From: Paraspadella gotoi
Taxonomy: Eukaryota; Animalia; Chaetognatha
Direction: 5' to 3'
Length of the DNA: 64,000 nucleotides
Assembly: GCA_051294375.1 (NCBI GenBank)
Contig: CM119270.1
Coordinates: 19,789,741 to 19,853,740, forward strand
Shown: positions 1 to 23,120 of the stretch, one piece after another
How the letters are laid out: each line of letters opens with the position of its first letter
How positions within the stretch are numbered: the first letter of the stretch is position 1
Program-made: the position numbers and the translations under genes
Notes under the pieces: generated by a model
Seen by the model: the letters and a program-made list of their open reading frames with translations, nothing else
What the model was told of the DNA's origin: nothing
Database searches by the model: none

Positions 1-471
1 GAGTCTTCGGTTCTAACATAATAAACGTATAAAAAGAAAATTTAAAGACAACAAAGAATTCGGTTGATGTTTTAATTTTAATAACGTGAACGGATTGAAG
101 AGAAAAGGAAAAGGTGATCAATCGCGAATATTGAAGATGTGAAAATGGAGAGAAAATAATGCGAATCACTGAAACTGTACGAATATTCTTTTTTTTTTTA
201 AATTGAAGATTCTCTTTCGATTTACGGAGATCTCGACCCGACGGAAATTCCTAGGGTCAACGAGATCAACTTAAGGAGAAAAAAAAAAACTTAAACGATA
301 AGAGTCGAAAAATCAGGTGCGCGCCTCTCTCTTCGACAGACCAGCAGGAGAGAGAGAGAGGGAGAGACAGAGAGAGAGAGAGAGAGAGAAGACTGGCGGC
401 GGGAGAGAGGGAGGTAGACGACGAACGTTGGTCGAGTTACTATTCGAGGAGATATCGTTGCCATCATGCAA

Positions 472-537
<66 letters not shown>

Positions 538-1372
538 CTGAAAATCCAGTGGAAGAGTCCGAGGGAGACGACGAAGAGGAGAGAGGGAGGAGTGAGCCAG
601 TCGGCGAGAAGTAGGCGTTAGTGCGAACCGTGTATGTCAGAGAGAGCGGGAGAAAGAGAGAGAGAGAGACAGAGATATGACACCAGTTTTCTAGCTCGGA
701 GGAAAATCAGGTTCCACGCTCAAAGGTGTTTTACCTATCGCGCGATCGATTTTGAGACACCCAGATCCACATTTAATACGAGAGAAAAGGAATTAAAAAA
801 CAAGTTTCTTAATTTTATTCTCTCTTCGATAATCTCTCCTTTTTCTCTCCCTCTGTGTCTCAACAACGACGCCACTTGACAGCGGAACGATGTGCTCGTT
901 CGGGGCCCGGTAAGAGATAGAGAGAGACTGGCACGACGTGAGCGCAGCGGCGCAGCTGCGGTAGCGGTGGCCACGACCAGCCCAGCGGCTGCAGCAGCAA
1001 CGCAGTCACAAAAACAGGAGCCAACGTTGGTGAAGACGAAAAAAATATGTTTATTTCTTTATTAATTTTTTTCTGTTAAATTATTTCATTACCTTTTTAT
1101 GTCCAAGGTAAATAATCTTTTTTTCGTTTCTGAGATAAAAACCAAAAAAAAAATGTTTTGAAAGTGAGAGCTAGACAGAGATTGAGAGAGTGAGAGATAG
1201 AGAGAGAGACAAACAGAAAAAAGAAAGAGAGAGAGAGAAAAAAGCCGCCAATCTCTGGAAATCTTAATCCAGGTTTGGTGCTTGATAGCATGAGAGAGAG
1301 CGATGAAAAGAGCGAGAGAGAGAGAGGAAGGCGCGTCTTCTCTTAGTGATGCGACCCTCATTTCCGGAACCG

Positions 1373-1434
<62 letters not shown>

Positions 1435-1613
1435 AACTGCGTGGGTGTGGACGGGCGCGAGAGGATGAGGAGGCATTCTTGTAATTCTTATGGGAGAATG
1501 AAGAGCGAGGGTGATTGGAAGAGCGTGGAGAAGAACGAGTGCCCGGGGTGAGGGAACTCGCCCTTTTGGGCTTAGGCGGGCGGGTAAGGGGCGAGGGTGA
1601 GGTCGCTGCGGGG

Positions 1614-1945
1614 TAAAAGAAAAAGGAGGCAGAAAAATAAAATAGAAATAAAAATAAAAAAATGAAAAAGAAAAGAGAAATAAAAAAGGAAAAAGGAGGC
1701 AGAAAAAGAAAAGAGAAATAAAAAAGAAAAAAGAAAAGGAAAAGAAATTTAAAAAAGAAAAAAAGAAAAAAAAAGAGAAATAAAAAAGAAAAAAGAAAAG
1801 AGAAATAAAAAAGAAAAAAGCAAAAACAAAAAAAAAGGAAAATGGAGGCAGAAAAAGAAAAGAGAAATAAAAAAGGAAAAAAAGAGAAATAAAAAAGGAA
1901 AAAGGAGGCAGAAAAAAAAAAGAGAAATAAAAAAGGAAAATGAAG
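1614..1945. repeat. A-rich degenerate tandem repeat (unit approx. AAAAGGAGGCAGAAAAAGAAAAGAGAAATAAAA)
   Basis: GGAGGCAGAAAA and AAGAGAAATAAAAA recur; this produces the spurious Phe-rich ORF 1358-1969. Confidence 0.7.
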
Positions 1946-2044
1946 GCGGAGGAAAATCGTTGACCCCATGAAGAGAATTCGACGACCGAGAAAAGTGATG
2001 AAGGGAATTGAAAGGAAGATCTTCGCCTTGGATGGATGGAGGGG

Positions 2045-2285
2045 AGGCTAATGGGGATAAGGGGGTAAGTAAAATAGTAGGGGGCCCATGGAATAAGGGG
2101 GTAAGTAAATTATTAGGGGGTTGATGGGAAAATGGGATAAGTACATTAGTATGGGGCTAATGGGATAAGGGGTCTAAGTAAATTGGTAGGTGGAAAACGG
2201 GATAAGGGGGTAAGTAAATTATTAGTGGGTTGATGTGATAAGGGGGTAAGTAAATTATTACGGGGTTGATGGGAAAAGGGGGTAA
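2045..2285. repeat. ~35-bp minisatellite (GGGATAAGGGGGTAAGTAAATTATTAG-type), about 7 copies
   Basis: The unit repeats visibly over 2045-2285 and one further unit resumes at 2996-3036, after the inserted element. Confidence 0.8.
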
Positions 2286-2995
2286 GACGCAATGCAAGCT
2301 AAAAGCTGAAAGAGAGTTCCACCGAGGTGAAAAAAAATATTATTGATTTCAGCCCATCTGAATATTTTTTTTTATTCCCCGAGTCTTTACAGAAGTTATC
2401 CTAAAAAATCTATGCAAAATTGTTACAGGCTATCGAGATACAGTAAAATACAGTGAATAATTTAAAAATCCATTACCCATAATTATCATTGGAACTAAAC
2501 TTTGCCATTGCGGAAAAAGTCATTTCGATCAATTTTTGTCAATTTCTGAATTTCTGGCTGGGATTCTGTTTTCACATCTATCTTTTTTTCATTTTGACAA
2601 AGTACTTTTTTTCAAATTCATTTTTTTTTGTAAAAAAAAAATAATTTTTTCTTAATAACCTTTTGAATCATAATAACCACATATAGTTATAAGCGTTTTA
2701 AACCTGAAAGAAAAATTATATATTATGTATATTTTGTGACAGTACCATAATTTCGAAAACATACAGTAAAAAAAATTGTCACACTTTTTTTCATATTTTT
2801 TTCTATTTTGTCAACGATTGGACGTTGTTAATCTTCTCACAGGGTAATGACGGTCCTTCACATTGTAACTGAACCTTCTGAATACCAAATGGCTGCATAA
2901 TTGATAATATTGGGTAAAGGAGTTGTCTCTGAGATCAATAAATTGATGCAAAAGTAGGCTGAAACTCCCTTTTAGCTTTTATCCTGCATTGCGAC
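2286..2995. mobile_element. Non-autonomous DNA transposon (MITE-like), ~710 bp, ~33-bp imperfect TIRs, GTAA target duplication
   Basis: Left end GACGCAATGCAAGCTAAAAGCTGAAAGAGAGTT matches the reverse complement of the right end, GTCGCAATGCAGGATAAAAGCTAAAAGGGAGTT. GTAA lies at 2282-2285 and 2996-2999. The element splits a minisatellite unit and has no ORF. Confidence 0.75.
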
Positions 2996-3660
2996 GTAAG
3001 TATATTAGTATGGGGCTAATAGGATAAGGGGTCTAATCTGACCCTAATCTTTAATTATTTACTTAATCCCTAACCCTATTCCTTAACCTAATCCCAAACC
3101 AAATCATAAACCCTAACAACCAACCTAAAATTTTCAACTTAAAATTTTCAACTTAAAAACTAATGTACAAGGAGGTCCAGCTCTTATGGGACTAACTTCA
3201 ACTTCAAAGTTATTATTACCGGTATTTTTAAGCGGAAATCACGCACAAAACAGTTAATTAAATGTAAACTCGTATTCTTTCTTTGGAAATATACAGTAGA
3301 CAAAAACGTCTTTTGTTTCATTTCGATTTTTCGTTCATCTCCGAAAACTATTCGTTTCATTTCGTCGGCGCTGTTTTTCAGAATTGGCGGTTTTAAGCCG
3401 AGTCGAACAGAAGATCAGAGGTTGAAAGAATCCTTTTTGACGTTTTTAATCGTGATATTTGTAAGACAATTTTTTTTATATCTAGTATAAACTGCAGAGG
3501 CCATTGGACGATATAGTAGTTTAAATTTTTTGTAGTCAATAAACAGTTATTCTTCCATTTTTTTTTTTAATCTCAAATTCCATATTTGATTCCGAGGCGA
3601 AAGTTTCTCTCGGTTCTCCGATAGAGGAGCGCGGATCGGCGATGTCATCGACACGCCTGA

Positions 3661-3745
<85 letters not shown>

Positions 3746-4320
3746 CGTTCTCTCGCGTGTCCGTCCAACTCGCGTGCGTGAAACTGGAGACTTTGTGACA
3801 ATGCCGTGACAACGTCCGTGACATTTCGCGTGTCACAGTCGTGACATCCATCGTAATACTCTCGCGTGCGCGGGACGGAGAGAGAGTGAGAGAGAGACGT
3901 TTTCTTTCTTTTTATGCTTTGATCCTCTTTTGATAATCGTTATGAATGGTTTTGTGGTTTCTCTTGCCAACCGATAAAGGAATTAACGAAATAATTTTAT
4001 TGAATCACCCTGTATGCGAATCAACCGAGGAACTTGTGCACCACACGTTATTAAAATGAACACTATCGGAATAAATCTCATCCAACGCTTTAAATTGCAA
4101 CCGGCGAAAATACGAGAAAAAAAAATTACGTTTTACCCTGTATCATGGCTTTTATTGTTTGTTATTTCTTATGATTTGTTTTCTTTTTTTGGTTCAATAA
4201 GTGTCGCATTATTTGACGCTTTTTACCGTCGGTTTAGTATTTGGAAAATTAATTGCAACAAACAAGTTGAGTTTTAACTTGAGGAGTGAGAAGTTAAACT
4301 GGTCTATGAAATTGGTAAAT

Positions 4321-4402
4321 AAATAAGCTATCTTGCCCCTGACTTTGGACAGGCCCTAATATTGTATGTATGTAAGCCCTAATGTTTGATATCGGACACT
4401 TA
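4321..4402 (+). repeat. Short dispersed repeat fragment (AAGCTATCTTGYCCCTGA...ATCGGACACT); other copies at ~6490-6515 and ~61380-61550
   Basis: The same motif is seen at three separate positions. Confidence 0.5.
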
Positions 4403-5185
4403 TTTATTTTGTGTCGCCTGTTATTTATACATTAATCAGCCTGTTTTTAGGTTTTTGTAAAACCATACAAAAAAAACAAAGATTAAAAATTAATTAAAAT
4501 CATTGATTTAGTCGCTCTAATTTTTTTTCTCCCCTTTAAATCTTTCTCAACATTTTTCAAAATGTTTCACTCCTACGTCACTCATTCACCAAATCGAATT
4601 CCTCACCTCCAGATTTATACTTACTTTTTTTTTCTTTCCAGAGTCAAAAATCGAAATTTGGTTGAAATGATTTTCGTTCCGGAGTCTCGACCACGAATTC
4701 GCCTCTGAAGGGTAAGTTTCGCATTAAAATATATCGGGTGAGTTGTCGGCGCAATTTACCCAAAAAGACTCATTTTTCGCTCGTTAATCCTGAAAATTAA
4801 TATTTATTTTTTTAAATTTAAGTTGATATTGATCAATAAATCTAAACCTATTCCCAATAAATCTAAACCTATTCCCATCCCTATTCCCCTAATCCCCTAA
4901 TCCCCTAATCCCCCTAATCCTTAAGACCTAAAAATGATTTAATTTTTAATATTACTTAAATGGGCTCAATGTGGTCGCTTTTAGAAAGTCTGGCCGTTTT
5001 CTTCATCGTCGTCTTATTCACTAATAATCATCATCATCATCAGCATCGTCATCAACATCATCGTCGTCATCGTCATATTTCATATCACATCCTATCACAT
5101 CGAATCACATTCGATCACAAAATTTTGTCGTCTTCGTTTTCATTTTATTCCTTCATCCGTCCTGCGCCTCCGGTTTGGATTCTCT

Positions 5186-5216
<31 letters not shown>

Positions 5217-5831
5217 TTCTCACGGTTCCATCCTTCTTCAGGTTATTGACTCCTTTTTTTATCACTTATCTTTTTTCGTGAATCAAGGACGTGAAATCAC
5301 AATCACAATCAAGGACGTGAAATGTGAAATTTGAAATCACAATCCGTGATTTGACTTCCTTGTGTAAATGGAGCATAATGGCCTCTTCGGTATCCTTACC
5401 TATATTTTATTTTATTTTATTTTATTTGCTTATATTTTAGTACATTTTAAACATCTCAATGCGATGGTAATCAGTCCCAAGTCATTGTTTATAACAACCT
5501 GCAAATTAGATTAAAAATTTCACATGGGAGTACAGGTACACTATTTTAATTCATGACCAATATTTCGATCCATTGGACATATCATCTTCAGAGTCACGAT
5601 GACTCTCAAAGAAAACCTGCAAATTCATAAAGTAAAACAGTTTCCAGGTTGGCTGATAGTATATTGAAGTATGTTTAATGTTAATGCATTTATATACTAC
5701 GGAATTAACTTTACAACACGTCACCCAAAGTCGTTGGACAAAATTATTTTTCTTTTTTTTTTATCATAATCGAATTTTAGTCGTAAAACGTTTTAGTTTC
5801 GTTCATTAGAGAGAGAGAGAGAGAGAGAGAA

Positions 5832-5877
<46 letters not shown>

Positions 5878-6044
5878 GCATGAGTAGACCCCTTTCCGAG
5901 TCTCGATTTTATAAATTGAATTAAAGGCGGGAAAAAATTTCATAAAATCCGTAAAATATTAAAGGCGTAAGTTTTTACTCTTTTTCCTTTTTGTTGTAAT
6001 ATTTATTTCTTTTTCTAACGAATAATCGTAATTAAGATCTTTCC

Positions 6045-6164
<120 letters not shown>

Positions 6165-6250
6165 CGGCGACGATTTCATAACGAACGCCCGCAACGATTT
6201 TTTTTTATTTCGTCATTTGCGACGTCAATACTGCAAAAACAAGACAGAGA

Positions 6251-6281
<31 letters not shown>

Positions 6282-6321
6282 GCAGACTCAGACAGTCAGG
6301 GAGACAGTCTGAAGAAATCTC

Positions 6322-6335
6322 GTTACCATGGAAAC
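6322..6335. promoter_or_regulatory. RFX X-box motif GTTACCATGGAAAC
   Basis: Near-palindromic match to the X-box consensus GTTNCCATGGNAAC in non-coding DNA upstream of the G-beta CDS; function untested. Confidence 0.35.
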
Positions 6336-6739
6336 GCTCACCCCTTTTCCGATAGATGCATCAATATTCTTTTTACGTTATATATTCACATGTATTCACT
6401 TCCGCCACAATTTCCAATAAATATTATAAATTTGGTAAAACCAATACAAAAAAAAATATTCCTTAATTTGTTTTAATTTAATTTCAAAAACTATCTTGTC
6501 CCTGAATTTGGACTGGCTATTGGAGAGACTAGTTGTTTTTTTTTTTGTTGTTGTTGTTGTTGTTTTTTTGCAATATTTAATCGAGAAAGCTCATCTGTTA
6601 AAGAATTTTTTTTTTAATACGTAATAAGTTAAGTAATATGAATCGTCTTAATCTCAATCCAAATAACAACAACAACGACAATCACAACCACAACAACAAC
6701 AACAACAACAACGACGACATTATGTAATCGTCACCGTTT

Positions 6740-6955
6740 CTGTTCCTTAATTCCTGAACTTATTTTTTGACTTAATCCGAAACCCTAACAGAATCATTCA
6801 GTTATTCCCTAATCCTAAATCCTAATCCTAAATCCTAAATCCTAAATCTTAAATCCTAATCCTAATCCAAATCCATAAGCAAATCCCTAACCTTAACCTA
6901 AACTAACTAGGTTCCGAATTTAAGATGAAATGGAGCGTTCTGGGAAAATAAGGCC
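6740..6955 (+). mobile_element. Copy of a MITE-like family with internal telomere-like (CCTAA) tracts
   Basis: Ends in AAATGGAGCGTTCTGGGAAAATAAGGCC, shared with the copies at ~11984-12323 and ~21901-22175; left end degraded. Confidence 0.6.
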
Positions 6956-7189
6956 GAATATTGTTATTTCTATTTTCTTTTTTTATTTCTTTCTTTCTGT
7001 CTTTCTGTCGTTCAGATTGTCAACATTTCTATTTTAAGCTACCCTTAAGCTACTTTTTAATCACTAAGTAGATACTTATTTAACAATAACAAAGATTGAT
7101 TGGTCTTTCTCTTTCGATCTCATTCATTCTGCATTTGTCTCTAAAGTTTGCGATTCATCGGGAGAAGGAATGAAAGAAATTAAAGGCGA

Positions 7190-7232
<43 letters not shown>

Positions 7233-7234
7233 CG

Positions 7235-7294
<60 letters not shown>

Positions 7295-7722
7295 ACAGAG
7301 AAGAGAGAGAGACAGAGACAGAATGATAAATGTGAGCTTTCTTTCGGTCGGATTTCGAATTCGTTGGCCGGCCTTCTCTCCTCTCGTGAGATGAAAGCAG
7401 TGCGTCTCGTCGTCGTCGTCCGTCGTCGTTCTCGTCGCTAATGTCGTCGCTGCTCGCTGTCGGGTCCCTCTCCCACGCTCCTTCCGGTCCCTGCCCCATG
7501 CACTGGCACGTGCAGCCGCGTTTTGATGCTGCTGCCGCCAACGTGTGTAATCTCTCTCTCTCTTCTCTCTCGTCCTTCCTCTCATCTCTCATCTCTCTCT
7601 CTCTTCTCTCTCTCTCTCACTCTCTCTCTCTCTCTCTCTCTCCTCAATCTCTCTCTCTCTCTGGCGATTCTTCGCTCTCTCTCTTTTTTCTTCCCTTACT
7701 GCACCGCTTATGGCTGCACTAT

Positions 7723-7754
<32 letters not shown>

Positions 7755-7759
7755 CTCTC

Positions 7760-7813
<54 letters not shown>

Positions 7814-9664
7814 GTCGGCCATGTGTGAAAATCTTCCTGCTCTCTGCCGATGCTGCGAAGTCTTGAGTCTTTTCATATCCAATTCCATTTTTCCATTTTT
7901 CATTTTTTCGGTCAATCCGATTGTTTTTTTTTTAAATGTTTTTAGGCAAAAAAAGAAACGAAAACAAAACAAACAAAACAAATCGATATAAACAAAACGA
8001 GATCAATAAAAGAAGATTAAGTTGGGCAACGAAGGCTCAGGATTAATAGAGAGGAAAAAAAAGAAAAGTATAGAAAGGAGAAAAGAAGAAAAGAAAAGGA
8101 GATAAAAGAGAAGAAGAAGAAGAAGATGATCTTTTGTCTAAGATGATCGAAAGAAAACCCAACGAGTTTTTCTTTCCTCCTCCAAATGATAAATGACATC
8201 GATCAATGATAAATGATAAATGACACGGAATAATCAACGAATCTTCTAAAATCTATTTTTAACTTCGAACAAGGAAAGCATTCGAATAACAAAACAGAAT
8301 AAAAAAAAAAACAAAGAAATAAAAGAAACGTAGAGTTGATGTTTCGTCGCGGCTTTCGCTTCCCGGTGAGCAAGCTATTCCGCAAAGGGTCAATCTTTGC
8401 TTGGTTGGTTCAATGGTTGATTGGTTGGTTCTTTCATTCGGAGCTTGCCTGGCGCGTGTCATTAGTTCAGATTTTTTTTTGTCATCGTAATTGTCATTCG
8501 CTGTCCGACTTTTGTCTTACGTCGTTTATTGACATTCGTCCGTCACCAATAATTAATTTTGATCATGTGAATTAAATCTTGTACTATTTTTATTATTATT
8601 ACTATTATTATTACTTGTATAATACCACACTCAGTTGCCGAAAGATATCTGTCAATAGATTTTTCCCTTTTTTTCGCTCTGCGTCTGTCATTAACCATTT
8701 AAGCTCATTTAGTAAATAGATTTAATTGGTCTTCATCCTTAGTTGTAAACATTTTTCACTTCCTATTCTCGTCTTAGTCGAATATAATTAAACCTTATCT
8801 ATAAAAAATATGAAAATATTATTAAAAACATTGAAAATTTCACGCTACTGCTAGAAAACTTAAACAATATTTTAAAAAGCATTTTATCAGCACTTTGTAA
8901 CATTTAATGTTTATTAACAAAAAGGAAAAAAAAGAAATAATTTAATATATTTTATAATTTTGTTTAGGCGCGTCTTGGAAAGTAAACAGTCACGAGTCAA
9001 CCTCTTCCATTGTACTTAAAAGGTCAGTATTTCTATTTCCAACTACTATTTATACTAGTAATACTAATTCTTAAAACTAAATATTTTCAGTCAATTCGTG
9101 GCGTGTTTAGTCTCCCAAAAAAAAAAAAGCTTCAACGACAAAAAAAATTTAAACAAAAACTTTTATAACAACAACAACAACAACAACAACAATCCAGTTC
9201 TGCATCGGCCCAAAAAAAATCACAAAAAAATATTCTCCACGAACACACACGCCAAAAAAAGACAATAAACTCAAGAATCATAATTTGCACTCCTCTATAT
9301 ATATATATAGTATATATAAACAAATTTAAAGTTTAGGAAACAAAAAAAATTCGTTTTAAACTTCACCTCAAAAAATTAAAAAAAAACAAAAAACAAAAAA
9401 AAACAAAAGCTCAACTGAAAAAAAAACGAACTTGAACGCACCCAATTTGTCCTCACCCTTTTATCTCCCACCCTCGGAAAAAGGACAAACCGCCCCCCCA
9501 AAAAAAAAATATTCACCCGATCTTATTTTTCAAAATTCCCCAAATCTTACTCCAAAAAAAAACCGAAAATCTTCGGCTCCAAACGTGAAATAAAATAAAC
9601 AAACCAAAAATATAATTTACTCAAAAAAACAAAACAAAGTAAAAAAAAAACAATTAAAAGCAAA

Positions 9665-18999
<9,335 letters not shown>

Positions 19000-20569
19000 C
19001 CTCGCGCTCGATTCGCGGCCCTCAAGAAAAAAGGGGGCTTCGCGCTACGTGGAAAAAAGGAAAGGAAAAGGGGGCTGCGCGCGGCCCGTATGGCTCCACG
19101 CGCCCCGTAAAAAGATCCCTAGTCGCGTCCACTCGGGCAGCGCCCCTCGCAGCCAATACATAAAACTAAATTGTAAACATAAAAAAATTTAAAAAAAAAA
19201 TGCGTCGTGTCTCCAGTTAATAAAAACTAAAAAGAACAACAACAACAACAACCAAAAACGAAACGTGAGGATTTTGAAAAAAAAACGAAAAAATGAAAAT
19301 ATTAACAAGAGTTTATGAGAACTAAGTTTGTTTGTTAAAAATAAAGGATATTAATATCGGGTATTTACTATGAAAAGATAATAGTGAAAAAAATTAAGAG
19401 GACGGTTTTCTTACTTAATAATGTTANNNNNNNNNNNNNNNNNNNNNNNNNNNNNNNNNNNNNNNNNNNNNNNNNNNNNNNNNNNNNNNNNNNNNNNNNN
19501 NNNNNNNNNNNNNNNNNNNNNNNNNNNNNNNNNNNNNNNNNNNNNNNNNNNNNNNNNNNNNNNNNNNNNNNNNNNNNNNNNNNNNNNNNNNNNNNNNNNN
19601 NNNNNNNNNNNNNNNNNNNNNNNNNNNNNNNNNNNNNNNNNNNNNNNNNNNNNNTGGAAAATAAAAAAAGTACAAGAAAATAAAAAAGAGAGTATCAATG
19701 TTGATGGAATATATTTGATCGTCGCCGCCATCTTGGTTTTTTTTTTTACAATCCCTTCGATGTAAAGTGGCGTAAAAATGGCACAGATCGATGAAAAATC
19801 GCAAGTCATAAATTTTTAGTATATATACGGAAATGATCACCGCGTTTGTCCGAGATGATTCTGTTTTATACCTAGATTTGCTCTCTCTCTCTCTCTCTTT
19901 CTCTCTCNNNNNNNNNNNNNNNNNNNNNNNNNNNNNNNNNNNNNNNNNNNNNNNNNNNNNNNNNNNNNNNNNNNNNNNNNNNNNNNNNNNNNNNNNNNNN
20001 NNNNNNNNNNNNNNNNNNNNNNNNNNNNNNNNNNNNNNNNNNNNNNNNNNNNNNNNNNNNNNNNNNNNNNNNNNNNNNNNNNNNNNNNNNNNNNNNNNNN
20101 NNNNNNNNNNNNNNNNNNNNNNNNNNNNNNNNNNNNNNNNNNNNNNNNNNNNNNNNNNNNNNNNNNNNNNNNNNNNNTCCCTCCCTCTACCCAATCCTAA
20201 ACTTTTAAACTTTTTTTTAATTAAGATAAGTCGTAAATGTTTACGATTTAATCATTTAAGTGGTTGATATTTGTTTAATTTTTATTTTCTGCTCCCTTTC
20301 CATACTATTTAAACATATGCGTAATATTTGTGGATTTGAAGCCCATCATTACCTTTATTGTGCCATCGTGAGATATTGAGGTTGTTTTATTGCTTGGTCG
20401 TCTTAAAGTTTTTTGTTAAGGCGTTCGCTGACTTTAAAACTTGAGACATCAGTTTGTTTTTTTTTTTTATCAATATGCCTTCGCTCTTATTGTATTTTTT
20501 TATTGCGAGTAAGAGCTTTTTTATTCGAAGGTATATATGAGCCTAATTTATTTTGTAAGGACGATAGCC

Positions 20570-20602
<33 letters not shown>

Positions 20603-21362
20603 NNNNNNNNNNNNNNNNNNNNNNNNNNNNNNNNNNNNNNNNNNNNNNNNNNNNNNNNNNNNNNNNNNNNNNNNNNNNNNNNNNNNNNNNNNNNNNNNNN
20701 NNNNNNNNNNNNNNNNNNNNNNNNNNNNNNNNNNNNNNNNNNNNNNNNNNNNNNNNNNNNNNNNNNNNNNNNNNNNNNNNNNNNNNNNNNNNNNNTCTTG
20801 CCGTCTTTCAATCTTTCTCGCTCACTACTTTGTGACCCCTGACCTTTGTTGATATGAATTCTAGAATTTACAAGAGATTTCAGACAAGAGTGATGCTATG
20901 AAATAAAAAAATATATATATATATCCCCGGCTTTCTCAATGTGGCTCCAGAGTAATCATTGAGACGAAGCTCGTATTTTTTTACGATATATGAATAGAGA
21001 AGGTGGAAGATTAAAGACATTTAAACATCTACATCAATTTCTTCACCTTCTTACGAACGTTAAGAAAAAAAAAACGCTCTGCTTTTAATATAATAAAAAA
21101 GAAAACGAAACAAAATTCACGTTGGAGTCGAAAAAAAGAAAAAGAACCAAAAACGGAAAAGAAAAAAAAAAAACTTTCCGTCTTGTTTGCAAACTCCTCC
21201 CCCCCCCTTCCGCCCCACCCCGTCCCGCCCTCCGTCACCCATGTCCTCTCCCACCCCCTACCGAAAAAAACGCAATTATAGTGTACAATATCATGATAGT
21301 TTTATGTGATGTAGTTTCGTCTGACGCGCTTGCTAGTTATTGAATATTTTTATTCTTTCGTT

Positions 21363-21429
<67 letters not shown>

Positions 21430-21900
21430 GTGCTCTTCTTCTTCTTTCCTCTTCGCTTTTGCTCATTATTACTATTATGAATCTAACTTGGCCGATCCGA
21501 CGCGATTTAAAAACAATTCAGTTCTGTGTCGGCGACAAAAGTTAAACGACAAAACTATAACAATAAGTATATATATATATAATTCCTTGAGAGTTGTCGG
21601 GTCCTTCGCTTTGACGGACGCCATAAACTCTTCCCCTCCTCCTCCTCTTCCTCCTCCTCATCCTCCTCCCTCTTCCCGACAATATTCGAGCACCAATTAA
21701 GTAAGATAATTGAGCACAACTTTATTAGAATTAATTTCTTCATCCTTCGCTTAAAAACTTACCTTGAGAACTCACCTTTGAGAACTTACCTTGAGAACTC
21801 ACCTCCTTTTTATTCTTATCCCCAAATCGGTTTTTTTTTTCTTTTCAATTCGTCGATCGAAATATTTTTTTTTATTAGGATTGTTATTTTTAAATCTAAG

Positions 21901-22175
21901 GCTCTCTTTTCTAAAAGTGCCCAATTTCCTGAATATAGTTTTAAATTTGATATTTAACCATAAACTAATTCAAAACGATAATCCTTAACCAAAATGTAAC
22001 CGTTAACCCGAACCTTAATTTCTAGCCTTTAAACTCAGTGTTCCTATCCTTAATCAATAACCCTAACCACTAACTTAAATCTTCAAATTTATCCTTAACC
22101 TAGTTTTTTAATGAAAAAAAAACGAACCTAATTCTAAGTTTAAGATAAAAATGGGGCGCTTTGGGAAAATGAGGC
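21901..22175 (+). mobile_element. Third copy of the CCTAA-containing MITE-like family
   Basis: Left GGCTCTCTTTTCTAAAAGTGCCCAATTT versus right AAATGGGGCGCTTTGGGAAAATGAGGCC; internal TAACC/CCTAA tracts. Confidence 0.6.
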
Positions 22176-23114
22176 CGAACTGCTTTGACCGTAATATTTC
22201 CTTTTTTTTTCGATAAAATTCTCCAATTATTTCGTTTAATTAATAAAATCAATTTAAAACAATTTGTTAAATGCGAAAGTACAGTGCGAACTTTTTTCTT
22301 TTTTTAAGAATCGGCAGCGATTTGCTGTAAAAAATCTCGCTCTCTATCTTATCTGATTGGTTAATGCTTGTTGTTTTATTTAGATTATGTTGCATGCCAT
22401 GTTTTCCAGGACATCTTAAGACACATAAAATGACAATCTTTTTTCCCTCCTTTATGTTTATATATCTTTCAACTTATAATGAAGAAGTTATAAATTTTAA
22501 ATTGAGGCAAAATCCCGTATGCTAATTTTTATTTTTAAACGTTTTTTTAAAATATTACCTTTTTAATTATTAAGAATTCGGATATTGATCAAAAGTTAAA
22601 TTCTTCGCTCAACTTTGAAAACTAAATTATTTTTTTGTTGTAAAAAAAAAATAAAAAAATCTCCCGCTCTATTTTTGTCTATCATTTCCAATCTTTGCAT
22701 CATTAAAAACATTTGATGAAAACGTTTATTATTATTAGCTTACAGTACATAATTTCCTCACGAAAAAAAATGTTCCTTATTTCTCGACTTGAGCATTTGC
22801 GAAAAAAAAGAAATCGTTAAGGCTTATTACATTATTCTGATTCCTAGTTATTGTAATTTTACATTTTTTTTATGTTAATGATTAAAGGAATTCAGAGTGT
22901 CTGGTACACTTAATATTAATTAAAAAAATCACTCGCGTAAATTTTGACCGTCACCAGGTCAAAAAAAAAAATGACGTAAATATAAAAAGAATATTGTTCA
23001 ATGTTAAGTTTTTTTTTCAGTTTTTCACTTATCTTTCATTTTATTTTTTAATTAGATCATTTTATGTATGTGATGACTCTTTCTGTATGTGTCCATTGTA
23101 ATTTAACCTGTCTC

Positions 23115-23120
23115 AATAAA
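23115..23120 (+). terminator. Candidate polyadenylation signal of the G-beta gene (would imply a ~4-kb 3' UTR)
   Basis: AATAAA just before the convergent minus-strand gene end; the opposing candidate signal is at 23529-23534. The hexamer is common in AT-rich DNA. Confidence 0.3.

Noticed and set aside
2045-2285. CRISPR-like array
   Set aside because: Eukaryotic context, no unique spacers and no cas genes; it is a plain minisatellite.
3035-3130. True telomere or chromosome fusion site
   Set aside because: The CCCTAA tracts are short, degenerate and elsewhere tied to a dispersed element.
19384-20842. ORFs containing X runs
   Set aside because: They span assembly gaps.
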